From: an uncultured Planctomycetaceae bacterium
Lineage (GTDB): Bacteria > Planctomycetota > Planctomycetia > Isosphaerales > Isosphaeraceae
Assembly (NCBI GenBank): GCA_963833985.1
Contig: CAWIAD010000001.1
Coordinates: forward strand, 2,752,001-2,816,000
Length of the DNA stretch: 64,000 nucleotides
Direction: 5' to 3'
Of this stretch, positions 22,299 through 34,076 are shown piece after piece (the stretch's first letter is position 1; each line of letters begins with the position of its first letter). Under the pieces are notes generated by a model that ran no database searches, had not been told where the DNA came from, and saw only the letters and a program-made list of their open reading frames with translations. The position numbers and the translations under genes are program-made.

Positions 22299-23528
22299 GT
22301 GACGCAAACGTCTCACCAGAGCTCGGCGGAATCGATCGCCCAGTTCGCGCGGTACGTGATACCCAACTACCGCCGGTTCCCGGTGTGCCTGGTCAGGGGC
22401 GAAGGCTCGTGGATCTGGGATGCCGAGGGGCATCGCTATCTCGATTTCTTCCCGGGCTGGGGATGTAACCTCATCGGCCATTGCCCGCCCCGCGTGGTGG
22501 CCGCCGTGCGCGAGCAGGTTGGCCAGCTCATTCACGTGCCCAACACCTGGTACATGGAGCCCCAGGGCGTCTTCGCGCAGTCGCTCTCGGAGCGGTCGCT
22601 CGGTTCCGGCGGCAACCCCGGCCAGTGCTTCTTCTGCAACAGCGGGGCCGAGGCAAACGAGGCCGCCATCAAGCTGGCGCGTGCCTGCGGCAAGCCGCAT
22701 GGCCGGTACAAGATCATGACGATGGAAGGCGGCTTTCACGGACGGACCTACGCCGCGCTCTCGGCCACCGCCCAGCCCAAGTACCACGCCGGCTTCGAGC
22801 CGATGGTCCCCGGGTTCTTCCACGTACCGTATGATGACCTCGATGCCGTCGCCCGGGCGATCGACAAGGAGACCGCCGCCATCCTCGTCGAGCCGATCCA
22901 GGGGGAAGGCGGCGTGAACATCCCCGGTCCGGACTATCTGCCCGGCCTGCGCCGGCTCTGCGACCAGCACGGGGTGCTGCTGATTCTCGACGAGGTGCAG
23001 ACCGGCATGGGGCGAACCGGGCGGTGGTTCGCCTACCAGCACTACGGAGACGCGGCCGAACCCGACATCCTGACCTGCGCGAAGGCGCTGGCGGGGGGTA
23101 TCGCCGCGGGCGTGATGATTGCCCGTCCGGCGGTGGCGGAGGTACTCAAACCGGGAATGCACGCGTCCACCTTCGGCGGGAACCCGATCGCCTGCCGGGC
23201 TGGCAGCGCCACCATCGAGACCATCGAGGAAGACGGCCTGCTGGAACGCGCCGTGGCGATCGGCGAGCGATTTCGCAGCCAGTTTCAGGCGCTCAAGGAC
23301 GAGCTACCCGGGCAGATCCGCGAGGTGCGGGCCCGGGGAGCGATGATCGGCCTGGAGCTGACATTCGACGCTTCCGACGTGGTTGCCCGGTGCCTGGAGA
23401 GGCGGCTGCTGATCAATGCCACACATGGTCACATCGTGCGGCTATTGCCGGCGCTCACGCTCAGCGACGAGCTGATCGATGAGGGCTGCGCGATCCTGGC
23501 GGAGGTCTTGCGGGAGGCGGTGGTGTGA
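22299..23528 (+). CDS. argD: Acetylornithine aminotransferase
   Basis: [47 protein letters not shown]; lies between argB and argF. Confidence 0.93.
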   Translation: MTQTSHQSSAESIAQFARYVIPNYRRFPVCLVRGEGSWIWDAEGHRYLDFFPGWGCNLIGHCPPRVVAAVREQVGQLIHVPNTWYMEPQGVFAQSLSERSLGSGGNPGQCFFCNSGAEANEAAIKLARACGKPHGRYKIMTMEGGFHGRTYAALSATAQPKYHAGFEPMVPGFFHVPYDDLDAVARAIDKETAAILVEPIQGEGGVNIPGPDYLPGLRRLCDQHGVLLILDEVQTGMGRTGRWFAYQHYGDAAEPDILTCAKALAGGIAAGVMIARPAVAEVLKPGMHASTFGGNPIACRAGSATIETIEEDGLLERAVAIGERFRSQFQALKDELPGQIREVRARGAMIGLELTFDASDVVARCLERRLLINATHGHIVRLLPALTLSDELIDEGCAILAEVLREAVV

Positions 23529-24580
23529 AGCTTGTGACCGACAGTCCCTCAGACACGATCCAGACGGATGCCGCGCCGGGATCAGCCAGGAGCCCCGCAC
23601 CGGCGGTCTCCGCGGTGGCCGGCGGGGCGGCAAGCCCGGGCTCCGCCCCGCAGACCCTGCGCCACTTCATCTCGCTCTTCGACATCTCGCCGGCCGAGGC
23701 CGCTCTGCTGGTGGAGCAGACCATGCGGCTGAAGCGTGGCGACCCGAGCGATCAACGCACCTCGCTGCTTCTGGGCAGAACCCTCGGGCTCGTATTCGAG
23801 AAGCCGTCCTTACGCACCCGTGTCAGCTTCGAGGCCGCCATGACCCGCCTTGGCGGCAACTCCATCTTCCTGCGTGGCAAGGACGTGGGCCTGGGCGTGC
23901 GCGAGAGCGTGAGCGATTTCGCACGCGTCATCAGCCAGTACGTCGACGTGCTCGCGGTGCGGACCTTTGCGCAGTCGGTCGTGGAGGAACTGGCCCGCCA
24001 TGCCACGGTCCCGGTGGTGAACGCGCTCTCCGACGCATCGCACCCCTGCCAGGCCATGGCCGACATGGTGACGGTCCTCGAGCACCGCGGTGCGCTGGCC
24101 GGCTGCAAGCTCGTCTTCGTGGGCGACGGCAATAACGTGGCCCGCTCGCTGGCCCTGGCGTCGGCCTTGCTCGGGGCCGACTTCGTACTCAGCGGGCCCG
24201 CCGGCTTCGATTTCCCGGAGGCCTTCTCTGCCCGCTACGACGCGCAGTTTCCGCGCGTGCCGCTGGTCGTGGAACGCGATCCGCGCAAGGCGGTGAAGGG
24301 CGCCGACGTTGTCTACACGGACGTCTGGGCCAGCATGGGCCAGGAGCACGAGGCCGACCAGCGGCGCGAGATTTTCAAGCCGTACCAGGTGACCGAGGCC
24401 CTCATGGCGCGGGCGCGAAGCGACGCGATCTTCCTGCACTGCCTGCCCGCTCACCGTGGCGAAGAAGTGACTTCGGCGGTGCTCGACGGGGCGCAGAGCC
24501 AGGTCATCCGCCAGGCCGCCAACCGCATGCACTTGCAGATGGCCCTCTTGCTCTGGCTCCTGGACGCAGGCCAGGGCTGA
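23525..24580 (+). CDS. argF: Ornithine carbamoyltransferase
   Basis: [41 protein letters not shown]. Confidence 0.95.
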   Translation: MKLVTDSPSDTIQTDAAPGSARSPAPAVSAVAGGAASPGSAPQTLRHFISLFDISPAEAALLVEQTMRLKRGDPSDQRTSLLLGRTLGLVFEKPSLRTRVSFEAAMTRLGGNSIFLRGKDVGLGVRESVSDFARVISQYVDVLAVRTFAQSVVEELARHATVPVVNALSDASHPCQAMADMVTVLEHRGALAGCKLVFVGDGNNVARSLALASALLGADFVLSGPAGFDFPEAFSARYDAQFPRVPLVVERDPRKAVKGADVVYTDVWASMGQEHEADQRREIFKPYQVTEALMARARSDAIFLHCLPAHRGEEVTSAVLDGAQSQVIRQAANRMHLQMALLLWLLDAGQG

Positions 24581-24603
24581 CCACGGCCCGGAGAATCTCC
24601 TTC

Positions 24604-25339
24604 ATGACGCGCGTGGACGGCCGCGAGTGCGGCGAGCTCAGGCCCATCAGCATCGAGCGCGGGTTCATTTCCAACAGCCCCGGCAGCGTTCTCTTCCGCG
24701 CCGGTGCCACGGCGGTGCTGGTCACCGCACAGCTCTCGGAGTCGGTACCGCCGTTCCTGGAGGGGAAAGGGACGGGCTGGCTGACGGCCGAGTACGCGAT
24801 GCTGCCGGGGAGCACGCCCGACCGCAAGCGGCGCGGGGCCGACGGCCGCGGCACCGAGATCCAGCGGCTCATCGGCCGCAGCCTGCGCGGTCGTCGACAC
24901 CCGCGCCCTGGGCCCCTGGACCATTCACGTCGATGCCGACGTGATCAACGCCGACGGCGGGACCCGCACGGCGGCCATCACGGCCGCGTTCCTGGCCGTG
25001 GCCGATGCGCTCCGGGGCCGGTTCGGCGAGCACTCGCGGCTGATCCTGCGTGACAGCGTCGCCGCCGTGAGCGCGGGGATCGTCGCCGGCGAGGCTATGC
25101 TCGACCTGAACTACCCCGAAGACTCTCGCGCCGAGGTCGATCTCAACGTCGTTCGCCTGGGGCGCGGAGGCCTGGTGGAGGTGCAGGGAACCGGCGAGGG
25201 AGGCGTCTTCTCGCGGGGCCAGTTGCACGCGCTGCTGGACCTGGCCGAGGCGGGAATCGACCAGCTCCATCGGGTCCAGGTTGCCGCCATGGGCTCGGAC
25301 TGGCCCTGGGAGGCGGCACGGCCGGCGCCCGAGGTGTAG
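24604..25339 (+). CDS. rph: Ribonuclease PH (frameshift near 24888)
   Basis: [11 protein letters not shown] and [11 protein letters not shown] in one frame; [23 protein letters not shown] and VEVQGTGE in the next. Confidence 0.93.
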
Positions 25340-25566
25340 CCCTCGTTTCCTGTCCGGCAATAATCTGAGAAAGACCGGCAAGACCTCTGGGCAGGTTTTG
25401 CAAGTTCTGCTAAAGTTCCGCTCGTTTCTTGCCGGGCTGAAGTCTGACCGGCTCAGGATGGAAATCGGGACCAAGACCGAGCAGGATGCCGGGCACCCGC
25501 ACAACGGGAAGAGGCTCGGCCCTGGCCGGCCCGATACGGACGATCCGACAAGGAGGGGGATCACCC

Positions 25567-26742
25567 ATGAGAACGCCGACCGTTACGCTTGCGCTCGCAC
25601 TTGCCGCTTTTGGCACCTCGCTGGCAACCCCGTCGCATGCACAGACTGGCGGACCGGCCGTTGCCGGATCGCAACCCAGGTCTCCTCTGTTCTCCACTGT
25701 TCCCGGCGGAGCGCCCGGCATGCCTGCGGGCAACCCGGGAGACGCAACAGCCGGAGGGGGGCACGTCTACGCCGATGGCGCGGCCATGCCCGAACCGACG
25801 TCGGCCGACGAGCTCAAGGCCCATAACATGGTGCTGCCCAATGACCCCATCGAACCTTACCTGCTGAAGGTCGAGAACGGTCCCTTCATGGTGCTCGCGA
25901 AGACCTTCCGGGGCGTGGACAGCGAGCGAATGGCACTTGCCCTTTGCAAGGAGCTGCGCGAGAAGTACGGCTTGCCGGCTTATATCCTCCGGTCCAAGGA
26001 CTTCCCGGGCCGCAGCAATATCCGCGGCGTACCGCCCACCGCGGACCCCGAGGTCGTCCAGGCCAACATCAACGTCCCCGAGAAGTTCCGCACCTACGAC
26101 GAGGCCGCGGTGCTGGTGGGCAATGAGAAGACCGAGAAAGACTCCGCCCTGCTGCTGCACAAGGTCAAGAAGATCAGGCCCGAATGCCTCAAGAACATGC
26201 CTTCCATGTTCAAGTGGCGGGACGGCCTGGGCATGGCCCTCCGCACCACCAACCCCTACGTCGCCGCCCAGTACCTTTACCCTCGCAAACCGGACAAGCT
26301 GGTGGTGCAGATGAACCAGAGCCCGCGCAGCGTGGCCAATTGCCCGGGCAGGTTCAGCCTCCAGGTGGCCGAGTTCTCCGGCCGCTCCACCTTCAACGAA
26401 AAGGATGAGCGGTTTCTCGGCATCCTCAGCCTCAAGCAGAGCCCCCTGGCGACGGCAGCCGCCGACGCCGAGCGGCTGGCGGACCGGCTGTCCAAGGACC
26501 CGGACGTCCAGCGGCTGCACCAGCCAATCTACGTGTACCATGACCGCACCTCCAGCCGTGTCTTCGTGGGCTCGTTCAACGCCTGGCAAGACCCCGAGGC
26601 CGTCACCGTGCGGCAAGCCATGCTCAAGCTCGCCGTGCCCCTGCTGGACCGCAGGCGGCCCACCGGAGGCATGGACGCCATGATCGTCCCGGCCGGCATG
26701 CTCACCGACCTGAACGACGCCAAGAAGAAGCTCTTGCAGTGA
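25567..26742 (+). CDS. Conserved-looking exported hypothetical protein
   Basis: Signal peptide (SHA|Q), strong AGGAGG RBS, strong host codon bias. Confidence 0.85.
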   Translation: MRTPTVTLALALAAFGTSLATPSHAQTGGPAVAGSQPRSPLFSTVPGGAPGMPAGNPGDATAGGGHVYADGAAMPEPTSADELKAHNMVLPNDPIEPYLLKVENGPFMVLAKTFRGVDSERMALALCKELREKYGLPAYILRSKDFPGRSNIRGVPPTADPEVVQANINVPEKFRTYDEAAVLVGNEKTEKDSALLLHKVKKIRPECLKNMPSMFKWRDGLGMALRTTNPYVAAQYLYPRKPDKLVVQMNQSPRSVANCPGRFSLQVAEFSGRSTFNEKDERFLGILSLKQSPLATAAADAERLADRLSKDPDVQRLHQPIYVYHDRTSSRVFVGSFNAWQDPEAVTVRQAMLKLAVPLLDRRRPTGGMDAMIVPAGMLTDLNDAKKKLLQ

Positions 26743-26957
26743 CAGCAAGCTGCGCAGGAGACCGGCCCAGCGCCTCACTCCGCTTCGCGCCGCGCCGGTC
26801 TTTGCGAATGCCCGATCATGCGGGACAATCAGAATCGCCTCCGGGTCGTTCTCGACACGAGGGGCGATCTCGTTTTTCCCCAATAACCACATGCTCCGGC
26901 TCGGCCTCCGGCTCGCCCGCGGACCCGGCCGTGAACCAACGTTGCGGCGCATCACCC

Positions 26958-27632
26958 ATGAGCAGCTCTCGAATCGAGACAACTTCCCCCACGCGGGCGC
27001 TGGTCCTGGGCTCGCGGAACCGCAAGAAGTGCCGCGAGATGGCGGAGCTCATCCGGCCGGCCTGGGAACCGTCCCGCTCATTGAACCGCCTGGACATCCA
27101 GTCGCTGGATGACTACCCGAACGCTCCTGAAGTGGACGAGTCCGCCGAGACCTTCGCGGGCAACGCATGCAAGAAGGCGTCCGAGCTGGCCAGGGCGCTC
27201 GACCGCTGGGTGCTGGGGGACGACTCGGGCCTGACCGTCGACGCCCTCCAAGGCGCTCCTGGCGTGCTTTCGGCCCGCTACGCCGGCGAGCCGTGCGACG
27301 ACGACGCGAACAACCGCAAGCTGCTGGAGGCCCTGGCCGACGTCCCCGACGAGCGCCGCGGCGCCGCGTTCCGCTGCGCGCTCGCCCTGGCGGACCCGAC
27401 GGGCGCCATCCGCCTGGAAGCCGCGGGCGCGTGCCGGGGCCGGATCGTCCGCGCACCGCGTGGAGCGGCCGGGTTCGGTTATGATCCGCTGTTCCTGATC
27501 CCCGAATATCACAGGACCTTCGGCGAGCTGAGCCCGCTGGTGAAGCACCAGCTCAGCCACCGCTCGCGCGCGTTCGCCCACCTGCGGCCCGCCCTGGAGC
27601 GCCTGCTCGGCGAGATCTTCGCTGACGGCTGA
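26958..27632 (+). CDS. rdgB: Non-canonical purine NTP pyrophosphatase (Ham1 family)
   Basis: SRNRKK, ETFAGNA, DDSGL, PGVLSARY, GFGYDP, K..LSHR. Confidence 0.93.
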   Translation: MSSSRIETTSPTRALVLGSRNRKKCREMAELIRPAWEPSRSLNRLDIQSLDDYPNAPEVDESAETFAGNACKKASELARALDRWVLGDDSGLTVDALQGAPGVLSARYAGEPCDDDANNRKLLEALADVPDERRGAAFRCALALADPTGAIRLEAAGACRGRIVRAPRGAAGFGYDPLFLIPEYHRTFGELSPLVKHQLSHRSRAFAHLRPALERLLGEIFADG

Positions 27633-27770
27633 ACGGGTCACCGCACACTCAGGCTGCCACTGCAACAGGTTGTGGCACGTTGAATCGATTGTGCTCGTGA
27701 GGCGCAGCACCGGCAGGGGCCACCGGCTCAGCACCGCCCAGGACGGAGCTTCGCCCCGCCGCTTCCCGGC

Positions 27771-28835
27771 TCAGCTCAGTGCTGCCTCGCCCGGCTCGAT
27801 GCTGTAGACCGAGCGGAGGAGGCGGGAGAAACGCTCGTAGAAGCGCTCGGTCTGCTTCAGCCGCTCCTCATCGCCGGGCAGCTCGAGCTGCACCTTACCG
27901 TCGGCTCCGTTCATCGGGCCCGCCGGGAGCTCCTTGCAGGCTTCCAGCACGACGGCGCGGAGGAACTTCATGAACCGGAATTCCAGGGTGAGGTATCCCG
28001 GGTAAAGCAGCAGGCCGCCAAACCGCGCACCGGGCAGTCCGATGGCCATTCGTGTTTTCAACTCCCGCTCATGTGTCCAGCCGATCATGCTGAGGATCGT
28101 GCCGGGCATCCACATGGGCGAGCGCGTCACGTAACACTGATCGAGCCGCTCATGGAGGATCCGGTCGGCCTCGGACGGACTGAACATGGGCAGACCTTCA
28201 AGACTGCCCCGGACCATCCAGCTTTTCAGCTGGTCGCGGAACGCGGCCATTTCTTCCACGGCATGGCTCTGGTAGACCAGCTCGCTGAAGCCCCAGGTAT
28301 CGCGGTAATACGAGACGCCTTCCTCGTTGGGCCGCACGTAGAGGCAAAGCGCACCCTGGCAGATCGCCCGGGCAAGGGCCTGCGCGATCGCCCGGCCATC
28401 GGGCGTCTTCTCGAACTCGTAGGGCGTGTTGGTCGGGGCCGAGAAGGCGTAGAAGCAGTTTGCGCCCAGGGTCTGGAGCACCCGCACCGAGTGCCCGGCA
28501 TAGCGCTGATACGTTTTTTCGGCGACCCGGTACTCCAGGTCAACGCGTCTCAGAGATTCCTCCGTCGGATGGGCACGCGATCGATCCCTGACCTTGTTGT
28601 CAATCAGGTCCACGCCCAGGCCCGCGGCCGCTTCCTCGTCCAGGCCCTCCCAGTGCAGGATCTCGGCCAGAAGGGGCAGGCAGCCCCGCCGGACCTGGTT
28701 CCGCTGCTTCCATGACGCAATCGTCTGCACCGGCAGGTTCAGCCGGCGAGCCAGCCACGACTCGCTCTTCTCCAGCCTGGCGAGATGCCGGCTGATTTCA
28801 GGCCAGAACCTCGATCGCCCGTTTCGAACGGCCAT
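27771..28835 (-). CDS. Putative transcriptional regulator: N-terminal Cro/XRE-like HTH plus unknown C-terminal domain
   Basis: SWLARRLNLPVQTIASWKQRNQV helix-turn-helix pattern. Confidence 0.6.
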   Translation of the reverse strand: MAVRNGRSRFWPEISRHLARLEKSESWLARRLNLPVQTIASWKQRNQVRRGCLPLLAEILHWEGLDEEAAAGLGVDLIDNKVRDRSRAHPTEESLRRVDLEYRVAEKTYQRYAGHSVRVLQTLGANCFYAFSAPTNTPYEFEKTPDGRAIAQALARAICQGALCLYVRPNEEGVSYYRDTWGFSELVYQSHAVEEMAAFRDQLKSWMVRGSLEGLPMFSPSEADRILHERLDQCYVTRSPMWMPGTILSMIGWTHERELKTRMAIGLPGARFGGLLLYPGYLTLEFRFMKFLRAVVLEACKELPAGPMNGADGKVQLELPGDEERLKQTERFYERFSRLLRSVYSIEPGEAALS

Positions 28836-29106
28836 GACAAGCGCTCCGGAAACCAGCTTGCATAAACCTCAGACTTTACGCAAGAATCCGCATAAATAAA
28901 AGGGCCGCATCACGGCGTAAGCCCTGAAAACCGGCGATGTTCGGCCGCCCCAGGTCTGTACAATGTGCAGCACGTGGCGCATGCCGTGGGGCATCTGCCG
29001 TCCGCCCTCGGCCTTCTGGCATCCGGTTCTCCGCATGCGTCATGCCCCTCTCGATCATGACCGCCTGATGCTCCCGGTTCGGACGAGACGTGAGGAGACG
29101 ATTCCG

Positions 29107-29331
29107 ATGCGAACGAGGTGGATCGAGTCGGTGCTGGGCCTGGCGGTGCTCGCACTGGCGGCAAGTGCGGGCTGTGGTGGAGATCCCGAGGGCCAGACCG
29201 ACCTGGCCAAGCTTCCTCCTCCCTCGCAGCAGGTCATCGATCGTTCCAAGGCCGCGCGGGTGCCCAAGGCCCGTCCCAAGTTTGGATCGCCGCCGAAGTC
29301 CGAGATGGGTATCCCGAAGACCTCTTCCTGA
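29107..29331 (+). CDS. Small lipoprotein
   Basis: MRTR + hydrophobic stretch + SAGC lipobox; GAGGAG RBS; precedes a DUF1559 gene. Confidence 0.8.
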   Translation: MRTRWIESVLGLAVLALAASAGCGGDPEGQTDLAKLPPPSQQVIDRSKAARVPKARPKFGSPPKSEMGIPKTSS

Positions 29332-29498
29332 TCGTCTGACGTGCGGGGGCGGTTCCGCTCCTGCTTCTCGGCTCCAGTCCTCTTCCTCGAGAGCCGGTAT
29401 TCAGAACCAATTCGATACGCCTCCTGGTTCGAAGAGCCAGCATGATCCCCCGAGACTGCTGGTTCCGAGCTCACCCCGAAAGTGATGGAGTACATGTC

Positions 29499-30653
29499 AT
29501 GCGTCTTTCCTACGGAACGGTCAGGCAGCGCCGCACGGGCTTCACGCTGATCGAGCTGCTCGTGGTGATCGCCATCATCGCCGTCCTGATCTCGTTGCTC
29601 TTGCCGGCCGTCCAATCGGCCCGCGAGGCGGCCCGCCGCGCCCAGTGCACGAACAACCTGAAGCAGATTGGCCTGGCCATGCACAACTACCACGGTGTTA
29701 ACAACGCCTTCCCGCCGGGCGGCACCAACACCAGCACGATTCAAGGCCAGGTCGCCCAGGGATGGGGCTGCTGGAGTGCACATGCGATGATGCTGCCCTA
29801 CCTGGAGCAGACAACGATCTACAATGCCTTGAACTTCAACATCGTCTGCGAGAGCGCCAGCAACAACAACGACGACCTCTGCCAGACGACGGGTACGACC
29901 AGGAACATCAGCGTCTTTTTATGCCCCTCGGATGCCGGTGCCGACACGTTCGGCCAGTGGTCGGGCGGACCTGCCGGCCAGAGCTACAATTTCCCGGGCA
30001 ACAACTACTTCGCTTCGGTCGGTTCAAGCATGAACCAGTATGGCAACAGCCTCTATGCCGAGATTGTCCCGGTGGGCGCCTCGGCCCCCAACGGCATGTT
30101 CCAGGTCTTTGGCAGCTCGATCACCGTCGCCTCGGTCACCGACGGCACATCGAACACGATTGCCATGGGCGAGTGGATCAAGGGCTCGACGAAGGGCACG
30201 CTGCAACTGCCGCAGGACGCCGTCGTGATGGGTACGACCCTGCCGGCCGGGGCCGCTCCCGGTTCCCCTTTATTGCTGATGCCGGCGGGCGGCGCCGGCT
30301 TCAATGCCTGGCTCCAGCAGTGTGTTCAGCAAATCCCGGCGACCAACGGCATGGGCAATCCCTACAGCGAGCTCGGCCAGGACTGGTGCGTCGGGCTGTT
30401 CTTTCACACGATCGGCAATACCCTGGTCGGTCCGAACCCGCCCTATCCGAACTGTGCCGCGGACGTCTACGGCCTGGGCGATACCGACGATGACATCGGC
30501 TACTTCGGCCTCAGCAGCCGCCATCCGGGCGGATGCAACGTGCTCATGGCCGACGGTTCGGCCCGCTTCCTCAAGAACTCGGTCAGCCAGTTGACACTCT
30601 GGGGCCTGGGTTCGCGCAATCAGGGCGAAGTCTTCAGCGCCGATTCTTATTGA
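29499..30653 (+). CDS. DUF1559 prepilin-type protein
   Basis: [45 protein letters not shown]-terminal [13 protein letters not shown] (H-X9-DG). Confidence 0.95.
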   Translation: MRLSYGTVRQRRTGFTLIELLVVIAIIAVLISLLLPAVQSAREAARRAQCTNNLKQIGLAMHNYHGVNNAFPPGGTNTSTIQGQVAQGWGCWSAHAMMLPYLEQTTIYNALNFNIVCESASNNNDDLCQTTGTTRNISVFLCPSDAGADTFGQWSGGPAGQSYNFPGNNYFASVGSSMNQYGNSLYAEIVPVGASAPNGMFQVFGSSITVASVTDGTSNTIAMGEWIKGSTKGTLQLPQDAVVMGTTLPAGAAPGSPLLLMPAGGAGFNAWLQQCVQQIPATNGMGNPYSELGQDWCVGLFFHTIGNTLVGPNPPYPNCAADVYGLGDTDDDIGYFGLSSRHPGGCNVLMADGSARFLKNSVSQLTLWGLGSRNQGEVFSADSY

Positions 30654-31002
30654 AGCAGCCCGGACGCGGACGACCCCCCGTCGAGTGGAAACCTGATGAA
30701 ATCGTGCAGCGCGGCCACCGCGCTCCCCCGCCCCCCGTGGGAGTGTGGGCTTTGACGCTCTGCGCCGTGTCCCATCACGGTTCAGCCGTCGCGAAAGACG
30801 GGCACAACGAAACGAAGCCGGCGGCTGGGGTTGCCTGGCGTGGCCGGCTTCGTCGTTTCATCCGGGCCGATTCGCGACCTAGCCCGTTCCCCGGGCCGCT
30901 CGGGGGGTGATAGAATGAGCCCGACGGCGATGCGTAGCCGTCATCCCGCCGGTACCGCGACGGTCCAGCCTGCCCACCCCACCACGCTGAAAGGGCGCTC
31001 TT

Positions 31003-32076
31003 ATGATCAATCACCATTCCATGACTCGGAGGGAGATCTTCCGCGCGTCGCTTGCGGGCGGCGCGGCATGGGGGCTTGGCGGATGGACGGGCATGGGGGC
31101 CGGTGCCGCGTGGACGGAGCCGGCGCGGCAGCCAGCGGCCCGCGTGGCCCTGTCAGCCGGCGACGACCATGCCGGCATCGTCTTCGACGGATTGCGTCGG
31201 CTGCGAGCCGAGATTGCCGCGTCCATCGGCGAGCGTCCCGTGGTCATCAAGCCGAACCTCGTGGCAATTGACAATGCGCTCGCAGCCACGCCGGCACAGG
31301 CCGTCGAGGGCATCCTCGAGTTCCTGCGCTCGATCGGCAAACACAGGAACGTCGTCATCGCCGAATCGGCGGCGAACGGGCCCACATCCGAAGGGTTCTC
31401 GAACTACGGATACATGCCGCTGGCCCGGAAATACGGGGCGAAGCTCGTGGACCTGGACGGAACGGCCGTCGAGACCGTCTACGCGGTGGACCAGAACGAC
31501 ATGCGGCCGCATCCCCTCCGCGTGGCGCGGCTGCTGCTGGACCGCGGCCACTTCGTGATCTCCGCCGCCAGGATGAAGACCCACGATCGCGTGGTGGCCA
31601 CACTCTCCCTCAAGAACATCGTCGTCGGCGCACCCGTCAAGGACCCCGGCTTCCGCTGGGGCCCAGGTAGCAAGGCGGGTGCCACGACCGACAAACCCAT
31701 CGTGCACGGCAACGGCTTCCACGGACTGCAATACAATCTCTACGCCCTGGCTTCCCGGCTGCGCCCGGACCTCGCCGTGATCGACGGCTTCCAGGGGATG
31801 GAAGGCAATGGACCGGTGGGCGGCACGCCCGTCGAGCAACGCGTGGCTGTCGCCAGCCTGGACTGGCTGGCCGCCGATCGCGTGGCCGTGGCGCTCATGG
31901 GGATTGACCTCCAGAAGATGGGCTACCTCAATTACTGTGCCGAGGCCGGCATGGGTGAGGCGCGCCTGGAGCGGATCGAGGTGCTCGGCCCGCTCATCGC
32001 CAACCATGCCCGCCAGTACCGGCTGGCCGACAACGTCGACAAGCAGCTCGAATGGATGAAACCCTTGCGCGAGTGA
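31003..32076 (+). CDS. DUF362 domain protein with Tat signal
   Basis: TRREIF signal; IKPNLV, MKTH, TLSLKN, IDG..GMEGNGP, AADRV motifs. Confidence 0.88.
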   Translation: MINHHSMTRREIFRASLAGGAAWGLGGWTGMGAGAAWTEPARQPAARVALSAGDDHAGIVFDGLRRLRAEIAASIGERPVVIKPNLVAIDNALAATPAQAVEGILEFLRSIGKHRNVVIAESAANGPTSEGFSNYGYMPLARKYGAKLVDLDGTAVETVYAVDQNDMRPHPLRVARLLLDRGHFVISAARMKTHDRVVATLSLKNIVVGAPVKDPGFRWGPGSKAGATTDKPIVHGNGFHGLQYNLYALASRLRPDLAVIDGFQGMEGNGPVGGTPVEQRVAVASLDWLAADRVAVALMGIDLQKMGYLNYCAEAGMGEARLERIEVLGPLIANHARQYRLADNVDKQLEWMKPLRE

Positions 32077-32333
32077 TGAGACGTTGATTCGCCCCGGTGG
32101 GCTGCGTCAGTTCGAGTTCAAGTGCCGGGTCGATTCTGGATGACGCCGGCGCGCAGACCGAACGTCCTGGAGCATCGTGCGTAGCCCCGCTGTTGGGATG
32201 AGTCACCACCGCGGGGACCGCCCCGGCCGCGGCTTTGACATTCGTCGCCGATGTCCCGCGCACTGCATGCAAGAGCGCCCTGCAAGGCTATAATAGCTGC
32301 GAGATCGTTAATTTCCTGTCGAGGAGGTTCGGG

Positions 32334-32606
32334 ATGTCCAGCACCGTCAGGACGGAGCATCCGCACATTGTCCGGCTCGAGGGCGTCTGCGGCGGAGAGC
32401 CCGTGGTTGACGGCCTGCGCGTCAGCGTCCGCCATGTCGCGACCCTTCATCTGCGCGGGGAAACGATCGCCGAGATCGCCGGAGCCCTGGGACTGACGGA
32501 TGCCCAGGTATTCCATGCGCTGAGTTACTATTCCGACCACCGAGAGGAGATCAGCGCGCTGATGGCTCAGGAAGAGCAGGCCCATGCCGAATACTCCGGC
32601 TCCTGA
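32334..32606 (+). CDS. DUF433 antitoxin-like protein
   Basis: HIVR..GVCGGEPVVDGLRVSV...AQVFHALSYY..H.EEI. Confidence 0.9.
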   Translation: MSSTVRTEHPHIVRLEGVCGGEPVVDGLRVSVRHVATLHLRGETIAEIAGALGLTDAQVFHALSYYSDHREEISALMAQEEQAHAEYSGS

Positions 32607-32970
32607 GGGCCTGTTCCTCCGGCTCTACTTCGACCGCCACATCATGACCCGACTGGCCGACGACCTGCGCAACCGTGGACACGATGTGTTGAGGACCGAG
32701 GAGGCCGGCCTCGACACGGCCACGGACGAGCAGCAACTCGCCTTCGCCGCGGGTGAAGGCCGGGCCATTCTGACGTTCAACATCCGCGACTTCGCTCCGC
32801 TCCACAACGAATGGATGGCGGCTGGCCGGTCTCATGCCGGGATCATCGTGTCGCGACAGCTGGGCAGTCGGCAGTACGGCCTGCTATTGCTGCGCGTGCT
32901 TCAGCTGCTCAACCACGACACCGCGGATGAAATGACCGGCAGCATCGTTCACCTCGAACAATTCAAGTAG
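32584..32970 (+). CDS. DUF5615 PIN-like toxin
   Basis: LYFDRH, GHDV, DEQQL, RAILTFNIRDF, HAGII; overlaps the DUF433 gene. Confidence 0.88.
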   Translation: MPNTPAPEGLFLRLYFDRHIMTRLADDLRNRGHDVLRTEEAGLDTATDEQQLAFAAGEGRAILTFNIRDFAPLHNEWMAAGRSHAGIIVSRQLGSRQYGLLLLRVLQLLNHDTADEMTGSIVHLEQFK

Positions 32971-33074
32971 AGCTCCGGTACGCCTCGAGCCCCAGGGCCC
33001 TGGCCTGGAGGGCCTGGCCCGGCTTCTCCCGCGCCCGTTTCGGAATAGCGGCAGCGGCCGAGCCGGCAGGTCAG

Positions 33075-34076
33075 TCATCCTGGCGGGTCCGACGTCGCTC
33101 CATCGGGCCGGAAGTCCTTCTCGAACCTCGCCTGAAGCGCGGGCAGGTCACGCTGGAGAACCGCATCCGCGATCCGCTGGCGCATTCTGGGATCATGCAC
33201 GTGGACCTTGAGCGCCGACAGAGCCGCCAGGGCCGTGGTTTCGCTCTCGTCGGCCAGCAGGCCAATCAGGAATTCGGTCGCGGCCGGCAAGCGAAGCATG
33301 ACCAGCGCCAGGAGGGTCGTCTCGCGCAGGACCATGGGCGGCCGGCTCTCCCAGAACCGGCGCAGAGCCTCGAACGCCGCGGGGAGCCGCGACCGGCCGA
33401 GGGCCAGCAGGGCGGCCTCCTGTACGGCGTCGTCATCCCGGTCGAGGAAGCTCGTGACGAGAGGCAGGTTCTCCGCGGCATTGCAGGTCAGCAGACCGCC
33501 CAGGCATTCGGAGAGGACGTCCGGCTCCGGGTCGCCGATCCGGGCCTTCAGCCGCAGCAGCATGCCCGCGGCTTCCGAGCCGTAAGCCCCCAGCGCGCTG
33601 GCGGCCGAGATCCGCACGTCCTTCTCCGGGTCAACGAGGCCATCGACCAGAAGTGTGAGGAGGCCCGGGGCATTGATCCGCGTCAGGGCCACCAGGGCGG
33701 CTGATCGCAACGGCGCAGCGGTGTCCACCTTGCCGCCCCAGACGGGCTCCATCTGGACGTGGCGTGCGGCCTTGAGGAAGACGTCGGGGTCCTCGTGCTC
33801 GAGCCGGTCGAGCGTCTGGATGACCGCCAGCTTCGCCCGGCAGAGCTGGTCGTTGTTGACGGGGTCAATCAGAAAGCGCGCAAAGGCCGAGCACAGCGGC
33901 CCGGCCAGCTCCATGATGCCGCGGTCGCCGGCGATCGCCGCAGCCGCGGCCACAATGAGGTTCGAGCGGTCGGCGATGCCTGCCTTCAGCTCGGCCGTGA
34001 GCTCCGCCGACGCCTCCCGATCGCGGAGCCGGCGCACGGCGGCGAGCCTGTCATCGAGCGAAGCGCGTTTGGCCAT
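33075..34076 (-). CDS. HEAT repeat protein
   Basis: Repeated L.D....VR..A..ALG units. Confidence 0.85.
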   Translation of the reverse strand: MAKRASLDDRLAAVRRLRDREASAELTAELKAGIADRSNLIVAAAAAIAGDRGIMELAGPLCSAFARFLIDPVNNDQLCRAKLAVIQTLDRLEHEDPDVFLKAARHVQMEPVWGGKVDTAAPLRSAALVALTRINAPGLLTLLVDGLVDPEKDVRISAASALGAYGSEAAGMLLRLKARIGDPEPDVLSECLGGLLTCNAAENLPLVTSFLDRDDDAVQEAALLALGRSRLPAAFEALRRFWESRPPMVLRETTLLALVMLRLPAATEFLIGLLADESETTALAALSALKVHVHDPRMRQRIADAVLQRDLPALQARFEKDFRPDGATSDPPG

